A stretch of DNA of 64,000 nt from the human T2T-CHM13v2.0 reference genome, Homo sapiens (GCF_009914755.1 NC_060941.1), one strand, 5' to 3'; positions 28,784 through 47,129 are shown, counted from the first letter of the stretch. Program-made: numbers and translations. Notes: generated from the letters alone by a model not told the origin.

Positions 28784-29674
28784 TAGTTATTATCTTTCTA
28801 ATCCCTGCTTTGATCACCAGGGTCAATACCTAAAATGTTTATAGGATTAGTGCTTTATAGCATGTGAATCCTTATTGCTTCTGTTTAGAAGAGAATGCCT
28901 ACGTTCATAAACCAAGTATATAATTTTGAATGTTATGATTTTCCCCTTAATATTTTAGTATTATTAAAGTAGGTCACAAACCGGGTTGTTACTGGGGCAC
29001 TTCTCTGGTGAGTTCCACAGGCTGTATTGTTCTTGGCAAAATGGCTCTCCTTTATGCTAACACTGGCAGTCAGACATGAGCCCTTTCTCTTGTTATCGCC
29101 TTTCAGTGACCCTTTACTTGGTAATGGGATCTCACGCGCAGCAGGTTCCTTACCTAAGTGGGAGAGGATACTGTTAAGTATGCAAGCCTTCCATTTCCTT
29201 ATCCCATCTTTATTTTTTTTGTTACCTCCTTAGGTTTAATGATGCTATCGAAAGGACTTTTTGTTACTAGTTAAAACCCTCTGAGAAGCTCGATTTCAAA
29301 TGCTTCTCCCTTCTGTTCTAATTACCTTTTTAACTTTCTACTCCTTTATGTCCCTCTGGCTGATCATTAGCTATTTTCTCAAATCAGCTGTAATTGATTC
29401 GCCTGACACAGAGATAAGATGACCTACCCAGCATTCATGAGTGATTTTATATGCTCCTAGGTTTACTGTAAAACCGGAGAGAGAGGACTAAACCTGTTTT
29501 GCTAGTGGGTACATGTGTATTCCTTATAAAGTCAGTTGATTAGATCCATATTCAGCACCTAACTTCTCAAAGTATGGCTGATCTTCATTTACCATGGCGC
29601 CAGTGATCCCATGGAGAGAAAGAAGAGGATTTGGGGGAAGGGGATGCACATGCATGCCTGTGTATGTGTGTTGA

Positions 29675-29845
29675 ATAGACTTTATTTTCTAAAGGAGCTT
29701 TAGGTTCACAGCCAAATGAGCAGAAGGTCCAGAGATTTTTCCATATATACCTTCTGTCTCCACACATGCAAAGCCTCTTATTATCAGTATCCCCAACCAG
29801 AGTGGTACGTGTGTTTGGATTGATGAACCTACATTGACACATCAA
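29675..29845 (-). mobile_element. L1MC/MD-type 3' fragment
   Basis: tagactttatttt...taggttcacagc...ttgatgaacctacattgacacatca. Confidence 0.65.
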
Positions 29846-30258
29846 ATGTTTTTTGTTTGTTTTGATCCACAAATTTAAGTTCTAAATTTAAGTCTTCTGA
29901 GAAAAAAAATAGATGAGACATTAGGCTGATTTAGGCATACAACTAACCTTTCATGCAAGTCATTTGGTACATGCAGGGTAACTAAATCCTAGTCCATACA
30001 TTATTCCTTTTCAGTTAGTCCATTTCCTGATATCATTCATTTTTCATAATGTGGGACAAATTACATTGTAGACAAGTACAAAAGTCTATGAAGGATTTTA
30101 CTATATTAGGATTTGGGGCATAGTAGTATCATTCTTGAAGTAAGTTGCTTAAGATTGAAAATACTCTGATATCATAGACATTTTCATATTCACTAGCATG
30201 TGCTTATACGAGGCAACCTTTAGGCAAGGAACAAGCACCATATGAAAAAATTCCTGTC

Positions 30259-30824
<566 letters not shown>

Positions 30825-31045
30825 TAGTACCTCTTTTCTTTTTTTCTTTTTAACAGCTTCATTAAGGTATAGAAGATTAAAAGCGTATAATTTGATAAGT
30901 TTTGACATGCATACAGCTACGAAATCATCACCACAATTAACATGGTAAACAAATACATCACTCTCAAATGTTTCTTGGTGACCCTTTGTAATCTCTCCTT
31001 CTTTCACCCCCTTTGTCTCTACAGATTAGTTTACAGTTTCTAGAA

Positions 31046-31320
31046 TTTTTTTTTTTTTTTTTTTGAGACGGAGTCTCACTCTGTCACCCAGGCTGGAGTG
31101 CAGTGGCGCGATCTCAGCTCAAGCGATTCTCCTGCCTCAGCCACTTGAGTAGCTGGGACTACAGGCACACGCCACCACACCTAGCTAATTTTTTTGTATT
31201 TTTATTAGAGACGGAGTTTCACCATGTTGGCCAGGATGGTCTCGATCTCCTGACCTCGTGATCTGCCCGCCTCAGCCTCCCAAAGTGCTGGAATTACAGG
31301 CGTGAGCAACCGTGCTGGCC
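31046..31320 (-). mobile_element. AluS with internal deletion
   Basis: Reverse Alu flanked by TSD cagtttctagaatttt. Confidence 0.9.
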
Positions 31321-31371
31321 CAGTTTCTAGAATTTTATATAAATGGAATCATATAGTATGTAATTTCTTAA

Positions 31372-31723
<352 letters not shown>

Positions 31724-32165
31724 TTTCATTACTTTTTCATTTGACATAATTTACATACAATAAAATTAACCCATTAAAAGTGACTTTTCACAAAGTTGTG
31801 CACTTATCACTGCAATCAGTTCTCATCACCCTAAAAAGAAACCTCATACTCATTAGCAGTCACTCCTTATTTTTCTCCAACCCTTCAGACCTAGGCAGCA
31901 GCCAGTTTACTTTCTTTCTCTATGGATTTTGCTACTCTGATCATTTCATGTAAGTGGAATCATATAATATGTGACCTTTTGTGTCTGGCTTCTTTCACTT
32001 AGCATATTTTCAAGATCTATCCATGTTGTAGCGTGTGTCAGAATTTCACTCCTTTTTATGGCTACATAATACTCCATTATATGGTTATACTGCATTTTGT
32101 TTATCCATTTATTAGTTGATGGATATTTCTACTTTTTAAGCTGTTATTAAATAATGTTGCTGTGA

Positions 32166-32488
<323 letters not shown>

Positions 32489-33531
32489 CATGAACATATT
32501 TTTTTAATTGTCTTCTGTATGTACCTTGGAGAATACCTCTGTTTGAACTTATTTCCCCCTTGCACTTCTGTGTTAAATTTTCTTGGATTTATGCTTCCTC
32601 TATTTGCAATCTCATGCTCACCGAAAATAGAGAGTAACATTGAGATAGCCATTAAGGGGAATAGAAACTAATATAGATAGATTCAAAGGTTTCTCTGAAA
32701 GTAATTCTCCAAGATACAGTGGTTAAGCCTTATAGGAATGTTTATTAAGAATCAGAGTCCATCTCAAACGTGCATAATGATTAGAATCTTTATAAGCTAT
32801 AACCAAAAGGAAAAAAAACCTGGAATAAAACCTCTTTAATATAGTTCATTGTCCAGGAAAGAAAAAATTGCTCCTGACATGTATGGAAGGAAACAGACAA
32901 AAATGGATATGAAAATGATCCCTGTCCTTTTGACATTTTAAAATATTCTTGTATTGATTTTTGGAGGCTCCAGCATTCTTTACTACTACTTTACTATGCT
33001 GGATTGATCTGATCAATATCTGATTTATCAAGCTTATTTAGGAGTGGGCAGATCTAATTAAAGTTACTACACTATCATTGTTGAAATAGTAACTTATTTC
33101 AGAACTCAGATGCTAATTTGATCTATAATAAGTCATCCATTTACACAGCTGTGTTTTATTAACCATTTTTACCTACTTCATTTTATTTTAAAATATACAC
33201 ATATTTTAAGAATAGAGAGGTCAGAAATTACATAAATTAGAACTAGTTAGTTGTAACATTTGAATTTTACACCTGTTTAATCTTCTGAATGTCTTGCCTA
33301 TCCTGTTGGAGGGTCTTCTGCTGTTAAGCTTATATTGACTGCATGTTATTTGTATGAAAGACTGCCACCTTTTTATTTTTTCTAAGCAGATGGCCTTGTG
33401 TTTCAGGTTTCATCACATTCATTTTAATGATTACAAGTTCATTTTAATGATCACAAAAGTAGTGTGAGTTTAAGTCACTGTTCATAAGTGATGACAGTCA
33501 TGGTGATTTACATCCCATCTATTAAGCTTAA

Positions 33532-33666
<135 letters not shown>

Positions 33667-34624
33667 TAGTTCAGATTTTTTTTTTCCTTTCGTATGGTCT
33701 ATTCAGATTTCATCTTAAAATGCTAGCTTTGAAAGCAAACATTACCACTGGTCCATAGGCCATGGGCCTTAAAGAATCAGTTTGAGGCAAATAAGATATT
33801 TAATATGAATATAAACTGTAAGCCTTAGTATACATTATGTCTCTGACTGCTTATATTCTTTACCTATGAAATATATTTCTGTAATAAAAGTTAAGTTGAT
33901 AGGGAATATCTGGAGGGCTCAAAAATTCAAACAAACATAAAAACCACCACCTGAAAATGCTAGGATATAATAAAAAGTTTCATAAAGCTTGGAATCTGTT
34001 TCTAACATGGAAAAAAAAAAACCCCAAAACTTAGCACAGTTAAAAGTGCAACTATGAAAACAATGCCAGCAGGCTTTTCTTTTGGTAGAATTTTACTTGC
34101 AATAATGAGGTAAAGATTTCAACTACATTTGTTAATTTGTTTGTTTACTTATATGTTTAAGCGTGAGCATTTGTAGAGACTGAACCAAGTTCATTGACCT
34201 AGATAACAGCTTTTTATATGGGAGTCATTTAAAGGCAATTTAGTATTTATTATCCAGTTTGCGTTTATAGAATTAAAAATTATTTACAATTATAATTCAG
34301 TTTTGTAGATATAGACAGAATCCTTAATTTAATTTGATGGCTCTGAGTAGTGCACGCTTTAAAGAAAATTCTTAAAAATCAACATTGACATGTTTTTAAT
34401 GAAACTTTGTTGTATTTAACACATTGTCTTGCCCGGTATATTAGAAAGCATGAATTAAAATAGTTGTCGAATGATTTTATTTTATCTTTATAATGTGCTA
34501 TATATTATACTGGAAACAGAAATATTTTATAGACTTTGCTCTCAAGTTATGAAACTCTATAACTGTAATCAATAGTTGGCAGTCTTGCTCTCTCATATTA
34601 TTGTTGAACTCTCTGCTTTTTCTA

Positions 34625-34860
34625 GGGCATTTTTATTGAGTGCCTACTATGTGTGAGGCAGTTCTGATTTAAAGGTGATTAGTATATTGCTTCTCTCCTC
34701 AATGAATTCCCTAATTCAGGAGATAGACATTTAATAAAAAAGTAAAATAAAGTGGGGTAGGTGTGTCAGTGGAGGGTTATAAATTGAACTGTGAGAGCAG
34801 TGACGTGTGTTGCCTATGGCATCACAGACGGGTGATATGTAAGTGGTTTTCGGGTTGATT
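34625..34860 (-). mobile_element. L2 fragment
   Basis: atttttattgagtgcctactatgtgtgaggca, an L2 3' motif. Confidence 0.55.
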
Positions 34861-35374
34861 CAAGAAGCAGTGCATATAGAAGTTGTTAGTTTCTAGATTT
34901 TTTAAGCATATATTTAACTATCATATGAACTGGAAAAATACATGACATGAATATGATATGAAATAAGAATCATGAGTACATTTTCCATTACCTCTCAAGG
35001 AGCAAAACTAATTGTTGAATTAAGCATAGTTGACTCTTTCAGAGTTAATATTGTGTTTTGTGTTGTTATTTTGATACCTATTAAGTCTATTTAATAGACA
35101 TACTATAACAAGTCTGAAATATTTATAAAACACATAGGGGAAAAGATATAGCTATATCTATCTCTTAATTGTTTTTTGTTCCAGTGATTGACCTTATTGA
35201 CATTACACTCTGCTTGATTTTAGCTGCCCTAAACACCTTTGTCTAATGCTCAGAACAACAAAAATCCCCAGGTGCATAATTTAAGAACCACCACTGTTGG
35301 CAGTAGTAAGCCATTACATGTTTTCAAGCATAGGAATGACACCATCAAAATTGTATTTTAGAAAGATCATTCTG

Positions 35375-35726
<352 letters not shown>

Positions 35727-35851
35727 TCAGAGGAAGGGAGTGGAGGCTAGGTGATCCTAGAGCAAGATGAGACCTTAAATTAATGCTGTATTACAGAGAA
35801 GACAGGACAGACCTGTGAGATGTTTAATAGTTGGCATAGAAAAGAATTAGA

Positions 35852-36142
35852 GGCTGGGCACAGTGGCTCACGCCTGTAATCCTAGCACTTTGGGAGACCG
35901 AGGTAGGCAGATCGTCTGAGCTCAGGAGTTTGAGACCAGCCTCGGCAACATAGTGAAACCCCATCTCTACTAAAACACACAAAAAAATCACCCAGGTGTG
36001 GTGGCGTGCACCTGTACTCCCAGCTACTCAAGAGGCTGAGGCATGAGAATTGCTTGAACCTGGGAGGTGAAGGTTGGAGTGAGCTGAGATGGTGTCACTG
36101 CACTCCAGCCTGGGTGACAAAGTGAAACTCTGTCTCAAAAAA
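35852..36142 (+). mobile_element. AluS
   Basis: Full dimer ggctgggcacagtggctcac...actctgtctcaaaaaa. Confidence 0.9.
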
Positions 36143-36202
36143 GAGAGGGACAATTTGAAACTAAGTAGTTACTAATGATTCTGTGGTTTCTCATATGGAA
36201 TA

Positions 36203-37369
<1,167 letters not shown>

Positions 37370-37546
37370 TATAATGCATTTCATTTTAGACCTTTTGAGT
37401 TCCAGGTGGACTAATATTGGGATAAAGATGAAAAGACCTGGGTTCTAGTTCTAAATCCAGCAATAACTTGATAAATGTAGATATCAATTATTATACTTGC
37501 TCTTATAGAGATGTTATGATGATCAGTGAAATGATGCTAAAGTCCT

Positions 37547-37827
37547 TTTTTTTTTTTTTGAGATGGAGTCTTGCTCTGTTGCCAGGCTGGAGTGCAGTAG
37601 CACCATCTCAGCTCACCACAACCTCTGCTCCCTGGGTTCACGCAATTCCCCTCCCAAGTGGCTGTGATTACAGGCACACGCCACCACACCTGGCTAATTT
37701 TTTGTATTTTAGTAGAGATGGGGTTTCACCAGGTTGGCCAAGACGGTCTTGATCTCCTGACCTTGTGATCCACCCCGTCTCTGCCTCCCAAAGTGCTGGA
37801 ATTACAGGCATGAGCCACTGTGCCCAG
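37547..37827 (-). mobile_element. AluS (Sc-like)
   Basis: Reverse dimer; TSD taaagtccttttt. Confidence 0.88.
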
Positions 37828-37994
37828 CATAAAGTCCTTTTTAAAACTGTAAAATAGTTTATACATTTGAGCATTATTATTATAAGCTTTTGTTTCTTAC
37901 CTCAGAAGAATATATTTTCAAATGATAGACTTCTGGGACTTTTGGTACAATTTACAAAACCTTTTTTGTATTCTGCATTTACAGTGGACTACCT

Positions 37995-38878
<884 letters not shown>

Positions 38879-39157
38879 GTAAAATAAAAGCAATACTGGC
38901 GCCAGTTTCAAGAGAATGCCCACCCATCTGTTGCACCCTTTCTGCAAGTTAGAGCCATTAAGCGGACTTTATTACTCTCTTGCTTTCTCCCAGATTTCCC
39001 TTACTGAAGCCATTTGTAAGGATATTATACCTTTTAAAACACAAATATATCATACCTGGTGCCAGAAAGTTTTTTGTTTTCCTTAACTATATTGGAAATC
39101 ACCTATTTCCCAACTTGAAGACTTTAATAAATATTATTCTCAAAGAATTTTCAAATA

Positions 39158-39497
39158 TAGTCATTCCTTGGTGTCATGGGAAATTGGTTCCAGAACCTCC
39201 CTCAGATACCAAAATCCACAGATGCTCAAGTCCCTGATGCTGGTACTATATTTGCATATGACCCACGCACATCCCCCTGTATGCTTCAAGTCATCTTTAG
39301 ATTACTTATAATACCTAATACAATGTAAGTGCTATATAAATAGTTGTTAACACTGTATTGTTTGGGAATCATGACAAGAAAAAAGTCTAGACATGTTCGG
39401 TAGAGACGCAACCATCCTTTTTTTTTTCACAGAATATTTTCAGCCTGTGGTTGGTTGAACCCATAGATGCGGAACCAGGGATATGGAAGGCTGACTG
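39158..39497 (+). mobile_element. MER2 (Tigger2-derived)
   Basis: ta|tagtcattccttgg...ttggttccagaacc...ataccaaaatccacagatgctcaagtcc...ggaaggctgactg|ta. Confidence 0.85.
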
Positions 39498-40083
39498 TAT
39501 AACTTTTTGGTAAACTCTAATACAAACTTCACAAATGTTGCAAGCATTTTTTTTGTGTGTGTTTGGATCTGTGGATCAAGTGAAGCAGACTTGTACAAAC
39601 TCCGGAAATTATAATAATAGTAGACAAAGAATGATGTAAATGGAAATGGGAAAGAGACTTTGTCTCAGTGAGAAGAGAGTAGGAGAGCAGGATGTTTAGC
39701 AAGGAATCTCCACTCCCCTTCCAGCCCAGTAATCATAATAAATACACTGCTAGTTAATAAACAAGTTCTGTATATGTGGCAAAAAGGGTGGCTTGTGGTG
39801 GAAGGAAGGGGGAACCAGCCCTAAACACTAAACACTTCTTATGTAACCTTAATATAAAGTAAGTAAAAACTCCAGATCCTGTATTCTTAAATTATAGTAA
39901 CATTTCCTACCTATATTAATTGAATGGAATGACCAAAATTAATGAATTTTTATTTTTATTGAAGAATTTTGCTGTATCACAAATTGATACCCCAAATTGA
40001 GGAATTTTGGTGTATTGTAAATTAGATCATACTAGAATGTTCCATACAGAGGTCACTGTAGAGGCACAGATGACTTCTCTGTT

Positions 40084-40170
40084 ATTAGGTGGAACGATAT
40101 GAAATTGGCATTTTTAATAAGTTTTTTAAAAGTCTGATATTTCAGCAGTTTCACAGATTAATTTATATAT
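40084..40170. mobile_element. Degenerate MADE2-like MITE
   Basis: ttaggtggaacgatatgaaattggc ... agcagtttcacagattaattta resembles MADE2 TIRs. Confidence 0.45.
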
Positions 40171-41280
40171 GCCAACTAAATATATAGATGGTAATCTAAT
40201 TTTTCTGTTTAACTCAGTAAAAGTAAAAGTCAAGAATTTATAATCCAAAAGATGTTTTTGCCTTGGTCAAAGAAATTTTGGGAATAGTTTATAAAAAGAT
40301 GACAGCAGAGGTCATTAGTGATTTCTGTGTTAGCACTGTATTTACTCCCTTTAAAATAAAAATTACATACTATATTGCCTTCCAACACAGGCATTATATT
40401 TCAGTGTATTCCTTTGCCAAAAACAAAGATAAACCATAGAACATATCAGTAAATACCAACCAGCTTTGAATATGATCCCAAAATAGACAATAACTTTTTC
40501 TTCAGTCTGCTGTAGAGCTTCCAATTTGTAAATTAAAAACAGAGCTTACTGAGTTGCCTTAGGAAAGCCTTATTTAAGGGAAAAATAATGTTTCCTCCTT
40601 TCTTTCAGGTAATTTGGCAGCAACAGTGTTTTTAAGTTGCTGACATTAACTAGCTTTGTGGCAGAGTGGGTTTCAGAGTTTGGACTTCTTTCTAAATCAG
40701 GCTGTGATGTGTGAAAAGTTCCTCTGTAAACTTACTGAGTTTTATTTGTAATAGAAATATACATTCATTCAATAGAAATATAGCTTAGATATACAATAGA
40801 AAGGTGACTGGGGTCCATAGTACTTCCCTGTGTATTATTGGGTGTATACTTGGTTTCTTCTAACTTTAAAAGGAATATGAGAAAGATGGAGAAAATATTT
40901 TATATGTTTCAATTTGATCTCAAATTTTGGGGAGATTTAGTGTTCTCTCAGTTTCATTGACTATTTCTTGAGGTTCCAGTTGAGTAGTAGCTTCCCAACA
41001 AGATGGACTAACAGGGGTCAGTTTTACTTTCCTGCATGTAGCAACAACAGAAACAGAAATCATATATGAAACAATTGTTTTCAAGTCATCTGACATTAGG
41101 GAATGAAGGACAATGATCCCTGAGAGATGGGAAACAAATGAGACAAGCCCTGCACTTGCCTTAGTTTATCGTCTTTGGAGTTTCTAGGCTGTGTTACAGT
41201 AAGGGAGAAAGCAAGTGAAACCCAGGGAACTCCCTCAGTTGAGGAGACAGAGCTGAGAGTCCAGTAAGACCAAAGAAGAG

Positions 41281-41462
41281 CGGGTGTCGGCAAATTACCA
41301 TGTGCTTTTATTGTAAATAAAGTTTTACTGGAACACAGCCACACTGTTTCATTTTTATCTTGTCTGTGGCCACTTTTAAGCTATAATCACTGAGTTGAGT
41401 AACAGTAACTGAGACCATATGACCCACAAAGCCCAAAATATTTACTATTTTCAAACCCTCAC
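41281..41462. mobile_element. MER58A
   Basis: gggtgtcggcaaa...ttgtaaataaagttttactggaacacagccac...acccacaaagcccaaaatatttacta. Confidence 0.8.
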
Positions 41463-41806
41463 CTAGAGTTTGTTGGATGGGATATCAGGGGAGATCTTCA
41501 CAGAGAAAAAATGCTGAAGACTGCAGAGGGTCCTTTTCCAGTATTCAACAGAATACTGGTGCCTCTGAGGAAACTGCAGCCTAGGAAACAACCATCTGAG
41601 TGTCTTAGAGGGCACAATGGTCACACAGAGTCAGGACTAGTGACACTAACAGTTACTATGACTGTATTCCATATGTTCAAAAAGTTAAGTAGACTTCTCA
41701 ATTACTTAGATCTAAATATAAAAAACTCCTAGGTGTGAAAACCACAGTGTGTGAGGAGAAAGCTTCATTGCATAAGACTGAAGATAGATTATAAATTGCA
41801 GAAAAG

Positions 41807-42090
41807 TAATCCCAGCACTTTGGGATGCCAAAGTGGAAGGATTGCTTGAGGTCAGGAGTTCAATACCTGCCTAGAAATAGAGTGAGACCCTGACTCTAAA
41901 GAAAACATTTGAAAAATTAGCCAGGTATGGTGGTGCATACCCTTAATCCCAGGTACTCAGGAGGCTGAGGTGGGAACATTGCTTGAGGCCAGGAAGTCAA
42001 GGCTGCAGTGAACCATGATTCTGTCACTGCACTCCAGCCTGGGCAACAGAGCAAGACCTTTTCTCAAATAATAATAATAAAATCAATAAA
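41807..42090 (+). mobile_element. 5'-truncated AluJ
   Basis: Starts taatcccagcactttggg; (AAT)n tail; taaattgcagaa on both flanks. Confidence 0.85.
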
Positions 42091-42469
42091 TAAATTGCAG
42101 AAGAAAAGATTAGTGAACTTGAAGATAGAGCAAGATAAAGATCTTGTTTCTAAAATGAAACACAGAAAGAAAATAACTTAAAAAGAGTATCACTGAACTG
42201 TGGGAAAATATACACTAATAAACAGAATTTCTGAAGAAGGGGTGGTGGGACAGAAGAAATAATAGCCAAAATATTTCCAAATTTGATATAAACTATAAAA
42301 CTGCAGATAGAAAAAGGTCAGTAAATCCCAAGTACAGGACACCTTAAGAAAGGCATACCAAAGTGTATTATAATCAATTTGCTCAAAATCATTGACAAAG
42401 AGAAAAAAAAATCTTAAAAGCAGCCAGAGGAAAAGACATGTTACACACCAAGGAGCAAAGATAAGCAGA

Positions 42470-42797
<328 letters not shown>

Positions 42798-44374
42798 AGC
42801 AGATATCTTTGAAGTATGGAAAGAAAATAACCATCAACCCAGAATTATATTCTGCCTTTGCCCCCTAAATCTCTGAAGATGAAGGCAAAATATTAGAAAT
42901 CTCAGATTCATGAAAGCTTAAAGAAGTTATCAGCTTCATATGAAATGTTAAAGGGAGTCCTTAAAACAGAAGAAAACTACGTCAGCATGAAAGGAATTAA
43001 GAGCACTGGGAATGGTGAAAAACGTAGGTAAATGGATGAGATATTTTTCTAATTTGTAAAAATGTAAATAATTAAAATTTAAAATATAATTGACTTGTTT
43101 TAAAATATTGACTGTTAACAGAAAAAAATGGCATATTGTTTTTAATATATACTGTGTGTGTACCTACGCATGTGTGTATATATATGTGTGTACACAGTAG
43201 CATAAAGGCCAGGGGGGTGGGAAATGGAACTATACTATTGTAAGATTTTTGTAATATATGTGAGTGGTATAATATTACCTGAAGGTAAACTGTGATAAGT
43301 TAAAGATGTACATAATGAACTCAAAAGCAACTACTAAAATAACAAAAACAAAATGTTGTATCTAATATTCCAACAAAGGAAATAAAATGGAAACAAGCAA
43401 GAGCATGTAATTCTAACCATATCAATACTCATTAGTTATAAACGGACATTCTAATAAAAAATGAGATTGTCAAATTAGATTTAAAAAGTAAGTTCTAACT
43501 GTATGCTACTTATAAGAAACACACTTTAAACTTGGAATTGCTACATTAATATCAGACTAAGTAGGACACTTCACTCAACAGCAGAATACACATTCTTTTC
43601 AAGTGTGCAGGGAATATGGACCAATATAGGGAATCTTCTCGGCTCTAAAACAAATCCCAGTAAATTTAAAAGGTTTCAAGTCATACAAAGTATATTCCCT
43701 GACCACAAGAGTTAAGTAAGAAATGAATTACAGAAAGATCTTTGGAAAGTGCACAAATATTTGGAAACTAACACACTTTTAAATAGTCCATGGTTCACAG
43801 AAGAAATCTAAAGGGAATTAAGAAATTATTTTTGACTGAATGAGATTGAAATCAGATATACCCATATCTTTGACAACTACTCAGATTTTTTTACAAGTGG
43901 ATTGAGCTATTAATACTTGGGACACGTTTGATGACCCTCAAGAAAATTAAAAGCCCATCTCCAAAGTTTCCACACTGCATGATTTCATTTATATAACATT
44001 CTCAAAATGACAAAATTATAGAGATAGATAATAGATTAGTGGTGCCCAGGGATTAGGGATGGGGTGGGAGAGAATGTGGCTATATAGAGTTATTACAAGG
44101 TTGATCTTTGTGGTGATAGGACAGTTCTGTATCTTGATTGTAGTGGAGGTTACACCAATTTACACATGTGATAAAATTGAATAGACCCTCACACACATAA
44201 ATTGAGTGTAAAACTGTATATGTAAATTTCATTATATCTGAATAAAGTCTCTGGATTGTATCAATGGTGATTTTCTGATTTTGCAACTGAGTGAAAGGTA
44301 CACAGAGTATCACTGTACTATTTTGCAACTTTTTGTGAATCTTTAATCATTTCAAAATAAAAACTTGTTTTCTT

Positions 44375-44531
44375 TTAATGGTGATAGGGTCTTACTCTGT
44401 CACTCAGACTGGAGTGCAGTGTCTTAGTCATGGTTCACTGTGGCCTCCAACTCCTGAACTTGAGTGATCCTCCTGCCTCAGCCTCCTGAGTACCTGGGAC
44501 TATAGGCTCGCACCATCATGCCTGGCTAATT
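44375..44531 (-). mobile_element. Alu right-monomer (FRAM-like) fragment
   Basis: gggtcttactctgtcactcagactggagtgcagtg...catgcctggctaatt; single arm only. Confidence 0.75.
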
Positions 44532-44794
44532 CAAAATAAAAACCTTAAAGAAAAACAGGAAATTTTGTGAGATGGCACTAAATCCATACTCAAGGGAAAA
44601 ATTATAGGGCTAATGTTTATATTATAAAGGGAAAAGATCTGAAATCAATGACCTCAGCTTCCACATTGAGAAACTAGACAAAGTAGAGGAAATTAATGCA
44701 AAACAGAAAATACAGGAAAAAAGGAAAAAGATCAGAGTATAAAATCAGTGAAACAGAAAACATAAAAACAATAGAGAAAAAGCAATGAACTATG

Positions 44795-45200
44795 GTGTGC
44801 TTTTCTTCTGCTTGGGGTTTATGGGATTCTTGGATCTGTAGGTTTGTAGTTTTCATCAAATTTGGAAATTTTTATACAATTATGTCTTCAAATATTTTTT
44901 CTTTCACTCTCTCTGTCACTTTCCCTTTTTTGGACCCCAGTTTTATTTACGTTGACCACTTGGTACTTTCCCAGCTTACTGAATTTTTGTTAAGATTTTC
45001 TTATTCTTATTTTCCTCTCTGGTTTTATATAGTTTTTAATTCTGTATCTGTAAGTATATTAATTCTTTTTCTTTGTGTTAATTTCATTCAATGTATTTTA
45101 CATTTCGGATATCATAATTTTTATCTCTTGAAGTTCCATTTGGATCTTCTTTATATCTTTTATTTTCCTCTTCCTTATCTACATGTTTGACCATATGGAA
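44795..45200 (-). mobile_element. L1 ORF1-like fragment in reverse
   Basis: ttcttggatctgtaggtttgtagttttcatcaaatttggaaattt...attatgtcttcaaatatt is the reverse of L1 ORF1 region sequence. Confidence 0.65.
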
Positions 45201-45459
45201 TATTATGGAACCATAGGCAGCACGACGTGTTAGAAGGCAGCAGATGAGAAGTAAAAGCAAGTGATTAGAAGTAAAAGCAACTAGTACAGAATTTGGTGTC
45301 ATGGAAGTCATAAAACAATACTTTGGGAATTAGAAAAGAGAATCATGAGTTGAATTAATAACTATAAAAAGTCTTACTGTAACCTGACTTCGAAGTAGTT
45401 GTGTTCCTTTGACAAAATCTTAGTTTTTATTATGCTAAAGACAATTAAGTCTGTTGTGA

Positions 45460-45781
45460 GTTTCTTTCTTTCTTTCTTTCTTTTTTTTTTTTTTTTTTTT
45501 GAGACGGGGTTTCTCTCCCATTGCCCAGGCTGGAGTGTAGTGGCACGCTCTTGGCTCACTACAACCTCTGCCTCCCGGATCAAGTGATCCTCCTGCCTCA
45601 GCCTCCCAAGTAGCTGGGACTCCAGGTGTGTGCCACCATGCCTGGATAATTTTTTTATTTTTAGTAGGGACAGGGTTTCACCATGTTGGCTAGGCTGGTC
45701 TTGAATTCTGACCTCAAGCGATCTGCCCGCCTCGGCCTCCCAAAGTGCTGGGATTTCAGGAGTGAGCCACCACGCCTGGCC
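45460..45781 (-). mobile_element. Alu (S/J)
   Basis: Reverse dimer; TSD ctgt(t/g)gtgagttt. Confidence 0.9.
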
Positions 45782-47129
45782 TGTGGTGAGTTTCTTCTGA
45801 ATAGCTGGGCTGTCTATTGATTTATAGGCTTTAAAAAATATGATTGCTTTACTAATCTCTTGGCCTTCACTTACATTTTGTTTGGCATTTACATACAATA
45901 AAGTAGATAGGACTTAAAAGTGGTATTGAGCTTTAGTAGAGGAGTACTAAAATTAGTAGTCAGCAACATGATTAAGGTTAAATTCTAGGGATCTTGATTC
46001 CCAAACAAATTTTGTACTGCTGGCATACAAATCACAACATTGAGACTAGAAAGAGCCAATATTTTTCATTCTAATATAAAGCCATGCATTTGGGTTTAGA
46101 ATGAAGTCATTTTAAAAGATTTTACTATCCTGTTGTTTCATGAGTTTTGAGTCCAATGCTGATATGTTTTGTGCATGTTGCTGTTATCAACTCCACTCCC
46201 TGCTGCCTATAAAAAGGACAACGATACAAAAAGTTAAAGAAATTATTGGTGTTTTCTACCGTGGATATTGTCAGTGCCCTGGAAAAGCAATTAAATATGC
46301 AGCAATTTTCTTATGAGCTGCTCCCTTTCAAATGTCACATTAGATTTAACCTAACATCCTGGATTGCATTGCTGTTGTGGTATGTGTACTGTACATGGTG
46401 GAGGTACTCAACAATATTTCCTTGCATTGTCCATAATAAATATTTGCCCAAGACTGGGTAGGGGTGGAAGGGGAAGAAAGAAATGTTTTTCTCTTGTAGA
46501 GGAAACTTGTAATGTAGGACTTATTTAAAGAGTGTTTATAGTCCATTGTTGTCCATAGGGTGTGTCATACTGCTCTCTCCAGGTCTGAAAATCTGGGATA
46601 GTTAAAATTTCACTTATTTACACTTAAACTTCTCAGTTGACATATCCTTCCATAGAGAAATGATTTCAGTGAGACGGTGTTTTTCTTTAAGAAACTAAAC
46701 ATTTGAGACATTTAGACCCTGAATTTAGCCACATGTATGTTTTATAACTTGGGGAATATTATGAAATTAAAGTTTCTTGTTCACTGAAAAGATGTCAGAT
46801 AGCTGAATGAAAGTACCATCAGCAATCTGCAAACATTGTAAATGATGGACTTAAAGTTTGTATTAGATTTCCCTTTTTGCATTTGTGTTCATTGGTTACC
46901 TACTTCTCCATCTCTTCGCATAGATCTTCAGACCTGTACAATAGAGTTCATTGAGTTTTTCTGTCATTGCTGGTCTCGAGATGTTTCAACATTAAAAGTT
47001 CTTTCCATTACAACCTAATGATCTGTACCCTATTCTGAAGCTAATCTTGGCATTTTCTGTCATTTGCTTTAGTATTTACCAGTTGGGGAAAAAAAGTGTG
47101 CGTGTCGTACCACCATCCTGTCATAATTC

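Noticed and set aside
44792-45190. 132-aa F/L-rich ORF
   Set aside because: Antisense reading of a degenerate L1 fragment.
45374-45898. 174-aa minus-strand ORF, the longest in the track
   Set aside because: Mostly translation through the Alu at 45460-45781 ([16 protein letters not shown]); non-ATG start and no gene structure.
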